NCBI GenBank assembly: GCA_002633005.1
Contig: NMRA01000111.1
Span: 462,866-526,865, forward strand
From: Phoronis australis
Taxonomy: Eukaryota; Animalia; Phoronida
DNA: 64,000 nucleotides
Reading direction: 5' to 3'
The notes beneath the pieces are model-generated. The model worked only from the letters and a program-made list of their open reading frames with translations. It did not search any database and was not told the DNA's origin. A program made the position numbers and the translations under genes. This document shows positions 11,081 to 24,125 of this stretch, piece by piece (position 1 is the first letter of the stretch; the number at the start of each line of letters is the position of its first letter).

Positions 11081-13563
11081 CTAAAAGTATATATCCAATT
11101 GGATTTTCAACTATTACTACTTAAGAATTGAATCAGGAAAAACATAAAGTCACTTTAATTTGAATTGAGTAATTTTACAGGATCCTAAACGTTTACCATA
11201 TTCCACCTAAATTTGATTTTGTCACTTATTGTCACACTACTTTGAGAGACAGAAATGACACCTCGTAAAAATATTGCACTCACAGGACTCAAAATTTCAT
11301 TGTAGCTAAAATTACACCAAGCAAAGTGATCTCAGTACAAATTGAATACGCAAACTAAAATGATCCTAACAGCCTTTTGCCACAACAAGTAACTTAAAGT
11401 GCACTTTAACTGAACATTTTCAGCAATATAAGGTGAAACGAGCTCACGTTAAGTATGAAAGTAGGCGTGCATGATTGGTACCACGGCGACTGAGTACGGC
11501 AAAAACGTTCCTCCGTTCACTGAAATTTGGCAAGCATAATAATAAACGATATGAACCTAAGAGAAACAAAAATTTGAATAAGCTTCCACACTTCAAAATC
11601 TAAACGTAATCCTCTAAGTCAAGTAAGATTTTTCCATTTTATTACTTTTCTTCAAGTTGACAGCAACTAGTTACAAAACATGAATGAGAACCACAATTTA
11701 TGCACGAGATTTAGAAATATGAGGCCTGCTGTGGCACATAATCATACATTGAACAGAAATTGACTTTCAAACAAAAATATAACTGTTTTAAAACAAATTC
11801 AACAGAATTTAGCAGAGTTCAATGTCTATTTAATGGGCACTTCATATTGAAATAAATATAAATTCATTAATAGCTATGCCACGAGAACGGGAAATTTATA
11901 CAAAACTGTTCTTTTGCAATGTGTCTACAAATGTGTTATAGTTAAATCTTTACCGATGAAAAACTTGCCATGTTGTCCAAACGTGAATTTTGAGCACTTT
12001 AACTTCTCAATTAATTACACGTGCATGATAAAATTGTGGTGAAAACTCTAATATTGTACAGAATGGCAGGCAAGGATATGTGTTACTAAATTTTATTGCT
12101 AGAACATTTGTGAAAATAATGTTTAAGCACCTTAAAGCCGTAACCTATGCCGCTGACATCGCAAAATGGCAGACCAGACCAAAATGAAGAGAACTTTCGA
12201 CATATAAATAGCGATAACTTTCGAATGCAGCAAGCGATTTTGATATTTTTCATTTTTTATTCCATTAACCAGAGCCTTTTCTGTCTTCAAAGCGAAAAAC
12301 AAATTTTCAGTTTGACCGCTTCATACAGTCCCGAGCCCTTAAAACAAAAATTGTTCATAAATATAAGCTAAAACGTCAACCGTTTCGGGTATTGGCACCA
12401 GACATGTCATCACTTGAACCTGCGTAACCTCTGTCTCACGATCAGTTATGAACGCTCGATGGGTTAAATGGTAATATGTATAAGCCAGACAACTTTACGG
12501 TCGCTTAAATGTTGATTTCCATTGATCAGTTTTCTTGAAACCATTTTAAAGGTAACGAAGTTACAAAAATATTCGTTTTAGAAGTGTAGAATACGCAACT
12601 TTGAAGCATTCCTTAGAAAAAAATATAAATCCTTTCACGATTTTTAAAAATTTGTTCACTCATCCAAGATCTATCCACAAACTTATCTTTCAATATGCAC
12701 AGTCCCGCTAACTGGCTTGTCGAAGCGCTTAAGTGACACCTGGTACTTTCAAAACTACAAAAAGAGCTTCCGGGCTTATCTCCCCTGCCACGTGATGAAT
12801 CCAACGAAATCATTAGTATCAATTTCACATGTCCTTCCTAATCCCGTTGTGTTTTCACCCATTGTATGCAATCTACCACTTTTTATATTGTAGAATTACT
12901 ATTTTTGATATGCAGAAACGTGGCATTTGTTTCGTAAAACTTTGAAGGCCTATACGTAAACAATTAGAAGTCAATAAGTGCAAAATTTGAGATTTTTGTT
13001 GCAGAGCCAAACCGCGATCACACACACAGTCTAAAGTAAATGTGGAAGTTGACCCATGGAATGATTTTTAGATTTCGTGTGGTTTTCTCGTGGAATAGCT
13101 TTTAAGTTCGCTTGATGTGGCGACTTCGGCCTGGTGCTTTAGTACCGCCTTAGATATTGCATTTAGAATCTGAGATATTTTAAAAGTGCCAATCGTGAGC
13201 CAAAATCATAGTTCAATTCTAATTCGAGATCCCTTGAACGTCAGCCGCATAGTCGTCCATCGGGGCCTTGTGATGCTGAAAATAGCTTTGCAGTGAATGG
13301 CCAGAGCTGTATTCTACTAGAGGTAGAATACACAAGGTTTATGATTTTTAGCGGCTGCAATTGACCTATCGCAAGCTCCGCTCGCTTGCGTAATGTCGAC
13401 AAACAATAAGTTTTACCCGACAACGTGTTGTCTGTCCGGTAAAATTGGCTGTTTGGAAACAAAGGTGTGTCAAAAATACTGCGTGCTGATTGGTCAGTAA
13501 AGCCGTCACTCAAAATCCTGGCGATAGGTCAATTGAAAGATGAAAAACAAACTTTCAGGCAGG

Positions 13564-13673
13564 TTAACAGTACCCGCAGTACTTGACGCAGTTGTACCTT
13601 CCCCAATGCTCAAACTGGCCGACAAAGGCGGCTTGGGTGAATATGTGGCAGTCAATACGCTTGTTTTCACAGC
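13564..13673 (-). pseudogene. Gene C terminal ShK-domain exon, degenerate: CENKRIDCHIFTQAAFVGQFEHWGRYNCVKYCGYC*
   Basis: ShK spacing ending CxxxCGYC then TAA; Cys3 is Phe (TTT); phase-1 acceptor position reads tttacAA; not in the ORF track. Confidence 0.8.
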
Positions 13674-16597
13674 TTGTAAAGCGATTCATTTAAAGATGTA
13701 TTCGATCGTGTTTAACCAGCTAAAATACCATGTAGGTATATTTTTCTTCCACAAAGCCTTAAAATGCTCACAACTACGTGACAGGACTTCATGCACGATA
13801 TCAAAAACGACATCAAACCCTCGGCGACTCTAGAAACCAAAGTTTATTGAGGTTTGATAAATTCTAAATTTTGGTTTCCGAAAATAGCGCCTTGACTTGC
13901 ATTGCCCACTCATTCGCCGATAGCACAAGATCGAATGAACTTGAAAATACTTTAAAGTCACTATTTCCTTTACTTTCGCCTGCTTAGATCACAAATTGAG
14001 CTTTGCCAATCGAAAGATATCACTAAAATTAACTCTTTTCGTAAATTACAGCCATGTACATACACTCGTTATTTTACTATTAATTTTTTTTAATTTATAA
14101 AAAGTGGGCGGACTTTCAGCCAAACCTCATTATTTATGCGGGGTTGCCAGTGGCGAGATTACCCATAATGCACACGAATCAGCTGACGGAAGAAAAACAT
14201 GTCAAGCAAGCGGTCGAGGTGAGTTAGGTGTTTTGGGACTTGCCAGCTAAACAAGAAATCAGAATGTACAAACATTTGGAAATCACAGCTTGATTCTTAC
14301 TCGTAAGCAGCAAGATTAATTTGTTCTGATCCTCGGTTCTCTCAACTATTTCTGTCGCTATCCCGAGTCATTCGAAGTCGACGTATCCGTGTACTTGTCT
14401 ATATTACATAATATACAGGCTACAGCCTCGTGAGTTGTGTTCAATTTTAAACCTGCAATCGAGTCTTAGTGATACATGACTTCGTCGAGCTTCGTTGTTA
14501 ACGTTTCCTCTTCTGGGAGATTATGTACAACTCGGAGGTGCACGATATCAATTGCTTACGAAAAATAAGTTTTCTGTGTGACACTGTGATGTTCAATTTC
14601 CANGATGCGCCCAAAATTGCATCAGCAACAACGTCTAGGTGTCCTGCACACTGCCGTATTACTGCAAAAATGTCATTCATAAAAGTATTGCGTGCACGTA
14701 TACGTGTAACGTGATCTGCCATCATCCTTGGTAAAAGATAACAAAAACAAGCGGACAATCTGTGTAAACCCGCTTCTTTAAAGAATCCTTAGCTTGAGGT
14801 ATATGATAAATATGTTATACAACATAAGTGCTTGTACCAGTGTGATATTTTATCTCGATTCGTGATATGCAACAAAACTATTTGAACGAGGATATGGCAT
14901 GTTCCGAAAGTGCTTTTGTCCAACGGGAGACATCACAACCCAAAGAGCCCGACGGCGTTTTTAAGCGAATGTGAAATTGCAGGTGCTTCAAAATCCATTT
15001 TTAGTGGTGTCGCGTGGGAATTAACATAAGTATTTGATAAAATGTCAGTGTCGCCGTGTGTCAAAAAGCGGTACATTTTGATGGTTTGGTGGGATGTTGG
15101 GAAAATTCAAAAAGTGGGATAGTCGGCCACGAACGGGAAAAATGGAAAGTACATAGATTGCGTAATGTACGCTGTCAGCAACACAAAGTATTGAACTTGA
15201 GTTTTACAGGGTAATCTTTTCAATTTTTAAATTCTAGTTCACGGGTATAGACAAATATTGTGTATAACTACTGGTCAGAAATCGAATTGACAAAAAGTAT
15301 CCCAGCAACAGGCAAACATTACAAAAATGAATTATTATAGAAGAAAATAGAAACAGTAATAATTGTTGCAAACACAAACACACACAAACACTACACAAAC
15401 ACAACACAATCACCACACAAACACTACACAAACGCTCAAAAACACTACACAAATACAGGCAGTTATTCGAAAGTCAACTAAAACTTGCGAGCTGGGACTT
15501 GTAATTACAAAACAAACGCCACTTTTTCGTAAAATATAATAAACAGGATTTTAACATATCAAAATGTGATGTCGAAAAAAACTGCTAGTATGTAGATTGA
15601 TGAATTTTTGAAAGTGCATCTAAGATCAGATAATGACCAATGTAATTATTGGGTTTGTTGACTATTAGTAATTTCCAAAGGAAATCACGTGTTGTCAGGA
15701 ACCGTAGCGCGAGAGTCTCGCTTGATGAACAAAAATCCCAAAATGAAAATGAAGCAACGGAATTAAGCTTAATTCGATGAATTCCAACACTCGATCAAAA
15801 CTGAGTCGAGCAGACAACAGGAAACTCTCAGTGCAAACTGTCGTGGTTATTTTTGAGGTCGCAATCTCTAATAATAGAGTACATTGGTCATAGCAGGAGT
15901 TGGCATTCCAGGACCAGAGTTGTATCATTAAAACCAACCCCGTGTTGGGTTTTTTATCCCCAATAATCATTAACCATGCACTGTTTAGCTGTCAATGCTG
16001 AATCGCGTTGGAGCACAGAACTTGCCACGCTTATACAATCTTGAATTGTACGGCTGAATGAACATGCAATTCAAATCACAAGCATTACGTTCATGCGCCA
16101 TTTCCGAATCCACAAGTTTGATTGAGTCATTAAAGGGTTTGGGGGTTTTTGATGGTACACTGTCGTTTTTCTCTACCCAGTTGGTAGACAATCGGCTTAT
16201 ATCCAGTTGGTACTATGCTAACCTTTGCCACTTAGTATCCGATACTCAATTACACATGTACGCTTTGGGTATCGTAAATGTGTTTGTTATTTCTTGTAAT
16301 TAAGGAACCCACCTGGTTCCTTCTGTGAAATGTCTATTTGTAGAGCTGTGACCCTGAAATTTCCAATACAACTTAAAATATAAAATTATTCTTGTTGTTT
16401 TATTTGTCCCCAATAAGACCAACTTAAATAGATTTCTCTTTATATAACTTGCTTTGTTGTAGGCACTCATTTTGCTGCCAGAGAAGGGACAAAAGTAGCT
16501 ACATCGCTAAATGTTAAAACATGAGTGGGATTAACAGTTGGGAACAAAAAACATTTTTTCCAAGCCAGTCATTTTCAAGGACCAAAATCTGACTTAC

Positions 16598-16711
16598 CGG
16601 AAGGCCTGGAATATCCACAGTACATAGCACATATGCACTTGGTCAAAAGCTCGAAGTCGACACACACGGATTTAGGGTACAGATTGCACATTTCCATCTT
16701 GTCTTCACATG
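16598..16711 (-). CDS. Gene C ShK-domain exon, divergent: (A)CEDKMEMCNLYPKSVCVDFELLTKCICAMYCGYSRPS
   Basis: ttcatgcag acceptor, G|GTAAGT donor, 114 nt phase 1-1 (same length as 52289-52402); Cys6 is Ser, EPW is ELL; may be pseudogenic. Confidence 0.75.
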
Positions 16712-17514
16712 CTGCATGAAGGAACAAAATATCATTCAAAGTTTAGGATATCTAACACTACACATGCATGCACTGGCTTGAGGTTTGAGAAGTCTGAGGG
16801 TATGAACCCTAAGTGATGGATTGTCACTTGGTACGACAAGAAAAAAATCATTAGGGCAAAAAGTTACATTCGAATGAGCAGTGAACGCTTTGGGGAGTTT
16901 TAACTCGCACATCAAAAACCAGACTACGTCAAACATCAATAGTAAATGCAGATATGTGAAAGAAAAGTCAGGGATTACAAAATGATCTGTGCCATCACTA
17001 GTATTATTACGATAATAGCATAATAATTTGTAAGAATGGACATTCATAGCAAATAACCCTCGGTCGTTTTAATGAAAACCTGGCAAAAGGAAACTATACA
17101 ATTCACCTCAAAAGACTTTTAGTGATCTTCGGTTAACTCGCAAAACGTAAGGTATTTTTGTTAAAGCTATCGTATTGGTTTATCTTACTGTACTCAAAAA
17201 CGAGGAGACTCTAAGTGTTTTTAAGATTGACGAATAAAATATTAAAATTGGGATGTTTCAGGAAATTCTACTACACCGTTTCTGAGAGCTTAGGTGTCTT
17301 AAATTTACAATTAAATGGATTTGGCGAAGGTATAATAAAGCGCAACGAGTCATCATTTTTCGCTTAATCGTTTAAAACTTATATTTTATCAATACAACAG
17401 TCGTTGTCCCTCTTATGTAGAGCCCCTTTGCATTTTGCAGAACTATCGCCCTCTGGCTCTACAGTAGATTGCAGGGTATACGGGACATCGCCATGTAAAA
17501 ATCTATTTATATCA

Positions 17515-17640
17515 CATACTGAACTATAACATTGCAATGAATCGGTCTACCACTCTCGACTGGACTTTCCTTTTAACTACTTTCTATGTCAGGAGCCCCG
17601 GGGTCGACGGTCGTTATACCTTTTAAGAAACTCCGAGTTA
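17515..17640 (-). repeat. Interspersed repeat R2, inverted relative to the copy at about 37500-37625
   Basis: Shared ctgacatagaaagtagtta...gtcgaga...ggtaga.cgattcattgcaatgtt...gttcagtatgtg. Confidence 0.7.
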
Positions 17641-18041
17641 TTCTTGTTAAATGAACTCTTTTAAACAAAACCAAATTTAAACAAAATAGAAATAAAATGA
17701 ATCTACAAAATACGTTTTCGGCAACTAACTAACCGTGAAAATATCGTCGACCAATGGTTACTGTGTATAATGTCGAAGTCAAAGGACTACATCCCAACGA
17801 CATGTTACCCTCATTTAAACTGGAAATTGATGATTTACAAATGGGGGAAATGGCAGGTGCAATATCTCTCAAAAACGCTGTTGGGAAAACTGTGCTCCAT
17901 AATTATTTATTTTACAACTACTTGTTAACACCAGAGAGCACTAACGATGAGGAATGACACTGGCATAAAAGAGTGCTCCTCACTTAACGAAAATAAAACC
18001 ACACCTTCTCAATTAGCAAGATAGCAATTGGTTTGACCTAC

Positions 18042-18071
18042 CTTCAGTTGCTGTCACAAGATGTGCTGTGG
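18042..18071 (-). CDS. 30-nt phase 1-1 linker micro-exon TAHLVTATE (gene C)
   Basis: gtttttag acceptor, AG|GTAGGT donor; paralogous to 18734-18763. Confidence 0.55.
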
Positions 18072-18733
18072 CTAAAAACGGCAAAATAGTGTAAGCCTTG
18101 GCATTTTTCGTATATGTAAAACGTGGACAAAGGTCTTGGGCATAGGGGACTATCAATTCTTATTATCTATATTTAACTGAAACCGATAAAAATATGCGAG
18201 TGAAAGGAATGAAAAATTGGGAATTGCAAAAGCCTTACAGGGGATTCGATTTGAGTGACAGCTCTGTAATCTTTGAATTTGGTACTGAACAAATGTAAGC
18301 ATATGTAGAGCATAACACTATGTCCATAACACTAATAACATTCACTCAATTGTAATGAAACTTTCTTTAAATGGAAACGTGCCATATCTCTAAAACCGAT
18401 GTAAGTAATTTTCATTTACTTATTTACTTTAGCTTCTACACCATACTAAATCGCAAACCTATGAATTTTTTGTAAGAAAGCGGTCGTATTCATCTATGGC
18501 AGAGTGCAACAAAATAAGAATTTAAAAATCATCCTAACAGCGTCATTGGGAAAGAAAGATTAATATTAAAATAGGAAAGCTTCAGGAGAAACCAATAACT
18601 CATTTTTGAGAACTCGTGTTCCTAAGTTCATATTAAGGAGAGAGTGGTCACAGTGAAAGATATTGGTGGCTGTCAGTTACAGAAAAATTACTCACCAGCT
18701 GATTTTGGCAAGGTAGCACATAGTTTAACTCGC

Positions 18734-18763
18734 CTTCAGTTGTGGTCACAACCGGAGTTATGG
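18734..18763 (-). CDS. 30-nt phase 1-1 linker micro-exon ITPVVTTTE with GC donor (gene C)
   Basis: gtgtttcag acceptor, AG|GCGAGT donor; exon and upstream intron resemble the 18042 unit. Confidence 0.5.
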
Positions 18764-19035
18764 CTGAAACACGAAGCATCAATCATTAGCAATTTGATAT
18801 ATTATGTAAATCACGAAGAAAAGGTCCTAGGATTTAAACTGCTCCAAACAAAAGAAAATGCGTGACCCCTTAGACGTTTTACAAGAATGCTAGTGGAAAG
18901 TCTTGTCTGATGTCGCAATATATGGCGATTAATCAAAGATAGATGGACGCATTTTCTGTAACGCTGCGAATGGTTGGCACTGTTAGTCTTCAACACCATG
19001 GTCTATTTACACGGAGTTACTGTCTATTTACATTG

Positions 19036-19080
19036 TAACGACGTTTCGGTCGGTCTATTCTCCGGCCATCGTCAGGTGTT
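19036..19080 (-). ncRNA. Minimal type I hammerhead ribozyme-like motif
   Basis: ac CUGACGA u GGCCGG-agaauaga-CCGACC GAAA CGUC gu; stem II 5/6 paired, palindromic ACGU helix III, weak stem I. Confidence 0.55.
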
Positions 19081-19148
19081 CCTGCGTTCTTAGAAGAACG
19101 AGCACGGATATGTGGTATACTCACCATGGTGTGATTTTTTGTCTTAGA

Positions 19149-19262
19149 CAGGGTTTGAACCCAAGACTCCCGAAACTTCAGATATATTTGAGTTCAGCGT
19201 ATTGGTTAAGGTGCTGGACTGATATATATCTGTAGTTTCAGCAGTCGTGGGTTCAAATCCTG
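19149..19262. repeat. Inverted pair of tRNA-derived (SINE-head) segments
   Basis: 19149-19187 approximates the reverse complement of 19224-19262; B-box GGTTCAAATCC. Confidence 0.6.
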
Positions 19263-22200
19263 GTCAATTTAGCACTCACTCGCAGGAAACACTTGCTGAC
19301 TGTTATTTGTAAATATTTTTTAAGTTTTAATATTGCGACGTCAAAGACTATTTATTAGATTCTAGCTTGAATATTTGCTACGAAATCTGAATGCAATCTA
19401 CAATTGTTAAGCTTAAAACAAACCTATTAACAAAAAGTAACTGAAAAACTTTACATTGCGTAAGTGTGTTTATCAAAAGTTGCATCACGTGGCTGAAACT
19501 TTTAGACACGCCGAGTTTTTCAGTGAAAAAGACGGTTTTTACAATTTATGTGAGAAAATAAATCCTACACTCCTCTCAGATTGATGATATGGCAAAACGT
19601 CTTGGAATTTCGTCAAAATCCCTCGTTAAGCCTCAGGATGTCCATGCAAAAAATCATGGTATACAGTGTACCTTTAGACAAAATACTGAAAGTGTATCTG
19701 GTCATGAACTAAAATACAGATATCACACGTCACCAAATTTTAACCCATGCACAATTACTTACTGATACATGTTCAACAGACTGGGAACAAAAAAATAATG
19801 ACACTGATGAACAGTTGGCAGACGTTTTCCTTATTCATAGAGGGACAGACTAGATGTGCTAACCCCAGACTTCGTGCTATCCAGTAATTCAGTACCAATA
19901 ACTTTAAAACGGATCACTTTTTACTGTCTCGAGTCCATGAGTGATGTGTATCAAAGACCTCATTTTTAATGAGTTGATTTCTTGAACGAGTTGTTTGAGA
20001 ATTTCTTCGGATTTTGTTGAATAATCACTGGTTTTACAAAACGCACATTGCTGTATGTCTACAGCTGTTGTGAGACAATCAGTTGCGTCAGCTCCAGCAA
20101 AACCACTTTTACAGTACCATGGGCTGAGCACTGAAATCCACACGGCGTGCCGAAACGATGGATCTAGTGGACGGATAAAAGTCGGAATTCTAAACGCCGA
20201 TGATAAAGAAGATGCTGTCCTCGCTGAGGCAAATTGTAATGCCAAGTTGCGTTCCAGTGTGTATACGAAAATGAATCTCGTAATCCTAACCTGTTTGTGT
20301 TCATAGACTTCTTGGTTGACTTTGAAAGCTAAAATTAACCGAGAGAAAATGTGAACACTTTTAGATTGTCAGCTGCCGTTCAAAAGGAAGGATTCACCTA
20401 TTTGCCCTTTATTTGTGTTTGTAAGTAAACGTTCTTGTCAAAGCATTTGCATGTTTATGCTAATACATATTTATATGCATGATATTGTCATCCCTGTCCA
20501 TCAGCTGATGTATACCCAAAACCTCAATTTGAAAATTCGTGAAATTTTGTAGATGTTAAGTGAATTTTGAAAGGGTATGACTGATATGGGGGATAGCATG
20601 AGTGCATTTTCAGAGGAGCGCCACTGCTGAGGTGCTTCGTTGTGGTCATGTTTGATTTTTCATTCGACAGTTGGTATCTATTTAGGAGGTGATCCTGCAT
20701 TCTTGTTTTATAGTTTAGTCAAAGTAATCTGCGTCACTTGGTTTCCATTTGAACTATTTCTGAGACTGTTTTGTTGGCCAAAATTCAGTAAGGTTGATCA
20801 TGAGAATTACTCTACGTATACATCACATGTTTGTCAGAGACGTCACCAATGCTAAAGTTTGAAATAATATCTACAGCAATCAGGGTCTCTTCAGACTTTA
20901 CTATAGGTCAAAAAATGGGACCTAAAATCTAGCGTCTTTGAGCACTAACAAGTCCAACCATTTGTCGTGGTACAGAAAATACCTCCATCTATCTTCGATT
21001 AATTGTCATATATAGCAACGTAAGATAAGACTTTTCACTACCATTCGTAAAACCTGTGAAGGGTATTTGGAGATCAACAATTCCAACTATTCGTAGTGTT
21101 ACAGCGTATCTCCTGAACCCTTACAGGAAAATGTTTAGATTTGGCCATTGTATTCCTATGAAATTGACAATAAATATAGACCGCTTTTGGACAGATACAA
21201 CTACCACATTGCCCCCTGTTGCAAGTGTTTCCGTATCTTTGAAGATCTTAGATGAATTTTCAAGAAATTTGGCAAAAGATATATCAACATGGACGAGACA
21301 ACACCACCTTTTCATTTTTGGTGGAGTTGTAGTATTCTAGGCCACCTTGTGGCTGTTTTTTTTTTGCTTTGAAGCCTGATTGTTGACGTGTTCCAGCCAA
21401 ATTGATCTAAAATTGGCAAGTGTTCACTAAGTACAAGTTCTTTATCCGATCTTCATGAATCTTGGCAAGTGTTGTCATTGATAAGAGTACAACGTAGGTG
21501 GATTTTAGGACAAATATGACTACGGCTAATTTACATGGATAGTTTTTTTTCTTAACATTTTGCATTCATATCTACCAAGCTCAAAGATGGATGGTCAGGG
21601 AATTACGCAAATAATTTACAATCCTTGACGTCAGCACGTGTCCCGTTTCGTATAGAACTGGTTTTAATATTATGTGTATTTTGGCAAAAGCCTCGTGTGA
21701 AAAATTTAATTCATAATAAGATGTGCTGAGATGATTCATATTAAAATTTAATCAAAACTTGAGTATTACCGGGAACATTGTGGCTAATATATTTAATGTT
21801 ATATCTGGTTAATGTGGATTGTTTATTGATGAGATAGGTGTCGATAAATGCAAAACTGACATCTTATTTTTATGAATCACTATATTTTTATTTACGGCGC
21901 ATTCAAAGATTATTCAAGTGAAGTTATCTTGGATTTCTAACACTGTAAAGCCCAGGAAAGAGTTTAGTGAGCGGCTTTCCGCGAACCCAAGGGAGTATTT
22001 CGCTGTGTGGTTTACTGTTTCTTATAGGTATTTCGAGTTTTTGATATCACATTGGATGGACATGGAAAAGCAACGAGCGATATTATTATCTGGTATTTTC
22101 TCGAGTATCCACATTACCCGATCAAACTAACCCCGTAGGCAAAAGAGAAGGAGCATTGGGAAAGCAGTTCATGTCTTGAGACATAACGCTCCATTCACTC

Positions 22201-22281
22201 AAGAAACAAATTTAATCGTGGACAGAACTATTATTTACTTCAGTCAAAATTACTAAACTTGGGGAACTTTTGTAACTGCTT

Positions 22282-22496
22282 TTTTCTTAGCCTGGGTTCC
22301 TGAATGAATTGTACTTCCGGGTTCGCGGCAAGTTCAAAATGGCGGTGGATCTTTGGGTGCGAATCGTGAGTGGCGCGTTCAGTTAAACTTTTTTCTAGTA
22401 CAGATCGTGTATTAGTTATGGGGTTAGGTACTTTTTGGATCCTTATAACATCCTCTAACCATGTGATAAGGGTTAACAACGTGTGAGACCAGGACT
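22282..22496 (-). mobile_element. Diverged partial end of the Kolobok-like family at 55751/58701
   Basis: Reverse complement aligns to the first about 215 nt of those copies; ends aggact|ttaa. Confidence 0.8.
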
Positions 22497-24051
22497 TTAA
22501 GGGTCACTGAACGCTTCCCAGAAGAACTGTTCACTTGAGAACGTTTAATTATGAATAGATGTACGTTTAATCAGTAAGTTCGGTGCGTGGCATAGTTTTG
22601 ATCCGAACGAAATAACTAAAGTAATACATTTTTGAAACGAAAACGATTATTCCGCGCATCGACCTCGATCTTTGGGATATTACTTCATGTACGCCACTCT
22701 CGGTACGTTTTGTGTGTGACATGTACAATTTGTGTTAATGGCCACACACTCTGTGTGTCGTTCATCATGTTTCAACAGTGACACTTTTCAGTATAGGTGG
22801 CGCTGTGTCAGAAGGTACCTGTATGCCGAAAGAACGCACGATACCTGGCGCCTATTCTGGGATATTCCATAGGTTACCGGCGGAGGTGCGAAACTCTTGT
22901 CAGTGATCTATGCTTTCACTCTAAGGTCACGTTTTGAAACTTGTGTAGCTCACCCGAAAATTAGGAAAATGGCATGGTCTAGGTTAGACGTCAATTTCGT
23001 GCACTAAATACATTTACTACGAACAATATTCAGAAGCTCTTTAGTATTACTTTGAGTGAATGAAGTCTAGAAATTTGGCCTCGGCTTTTACTGTATCCAC
23101 CTGTATAAATTGGTCCCGCCGTTTTCAAAGTGCAGCCTTGTTCAGTAGGGAGTTTTTGCAAGGGTGCAAGTACTCTCCAAACTTAGTGTAAATTGTCAAA
23201 AGATCTGGTTGGGTAGTGAAAGTTCTGGAACCTAGAGTACAAGAGCACTTGGAATGTTCTCTACGCTCTTTTATCGACTAAGCTGTCTGTATGTTACGCA
23301 TTTTTCCGTGTTTTGAGACACTATGTAAGCATGAGTTTTATAGTAATCAATACCAGTGGATAATATCAAAATCAGCCATTCGATCTGTTGTCTTTGACTC
23401 ACCGTTTGTACCAATAACTCAACAAGATTGTTTAAATTTCTAGGCTGAGTAAGGGTCAGGTCTGAGTAGATTAGACATTATACCCAGTTTTTGTAATTCT
23501 AGTTTTCGGAGGTCCATGGCGTGGACCATTATTCAACCACATGTCATCATAATAATTTAATTTCAGACGCTCCTTAGGTCAAAACCACATTGGCGTTTCT
23601 TTTGCAGCTTACATTTTGATTTTAGGATGCTTCATTTATCATCACTGTTGTGGCGAAACTTTTAGATAAGTACTGACGCAGACGATGATCTTGTGCGTTT
23701 GTTGTTTCAAGGAGTAGTAACAAAAACGGAAACCAAGTGTAGATCATTTTCGATTAGTTATTTGCCAACGAATAACTCTCAAATGTTGCCGTACATGTTG
23801 TCTAGATGACGTAGTAACAACAGTGCTGACGTCAAAATAAGATGACGTCGACTCTGGAGAACCCGACCGTTATTACTCAATCGAAAATTCGAGCATTCTC
23901 ACCAATCAAAAAGCTGATTTTGTCTAAGTCATTAACTCCCAGATTACCAGAATATAAGATCTTCAGTAAACGATTTCCCTGTATATCATAAACATTTTAA
24001 ATCTGGTGTGCACCCCCACATCAAGTGACGTTATGAGTCCGAAGATTTCTG

Positions 24052-24125
24052 CCCTCGACTAGGACTCGAACCCAGGACCTTCTGCAAAACGTGAAGACCC
24101 TCTAGCCACTGAGCCATCGAGACCA
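24052..24125 (-). mobile_element. tRNA-derived SINE head
   Basis: A-box TGGCTCAGTGG, B-box GGTTCGAGTCC; cloverleaf imperfect. Confidence 0.65.

Noticed and set aside
19904-20306. Overlapping 113-aa and 83-aa ORFs
   Set aside because: No recognisable motif or convincing splice context
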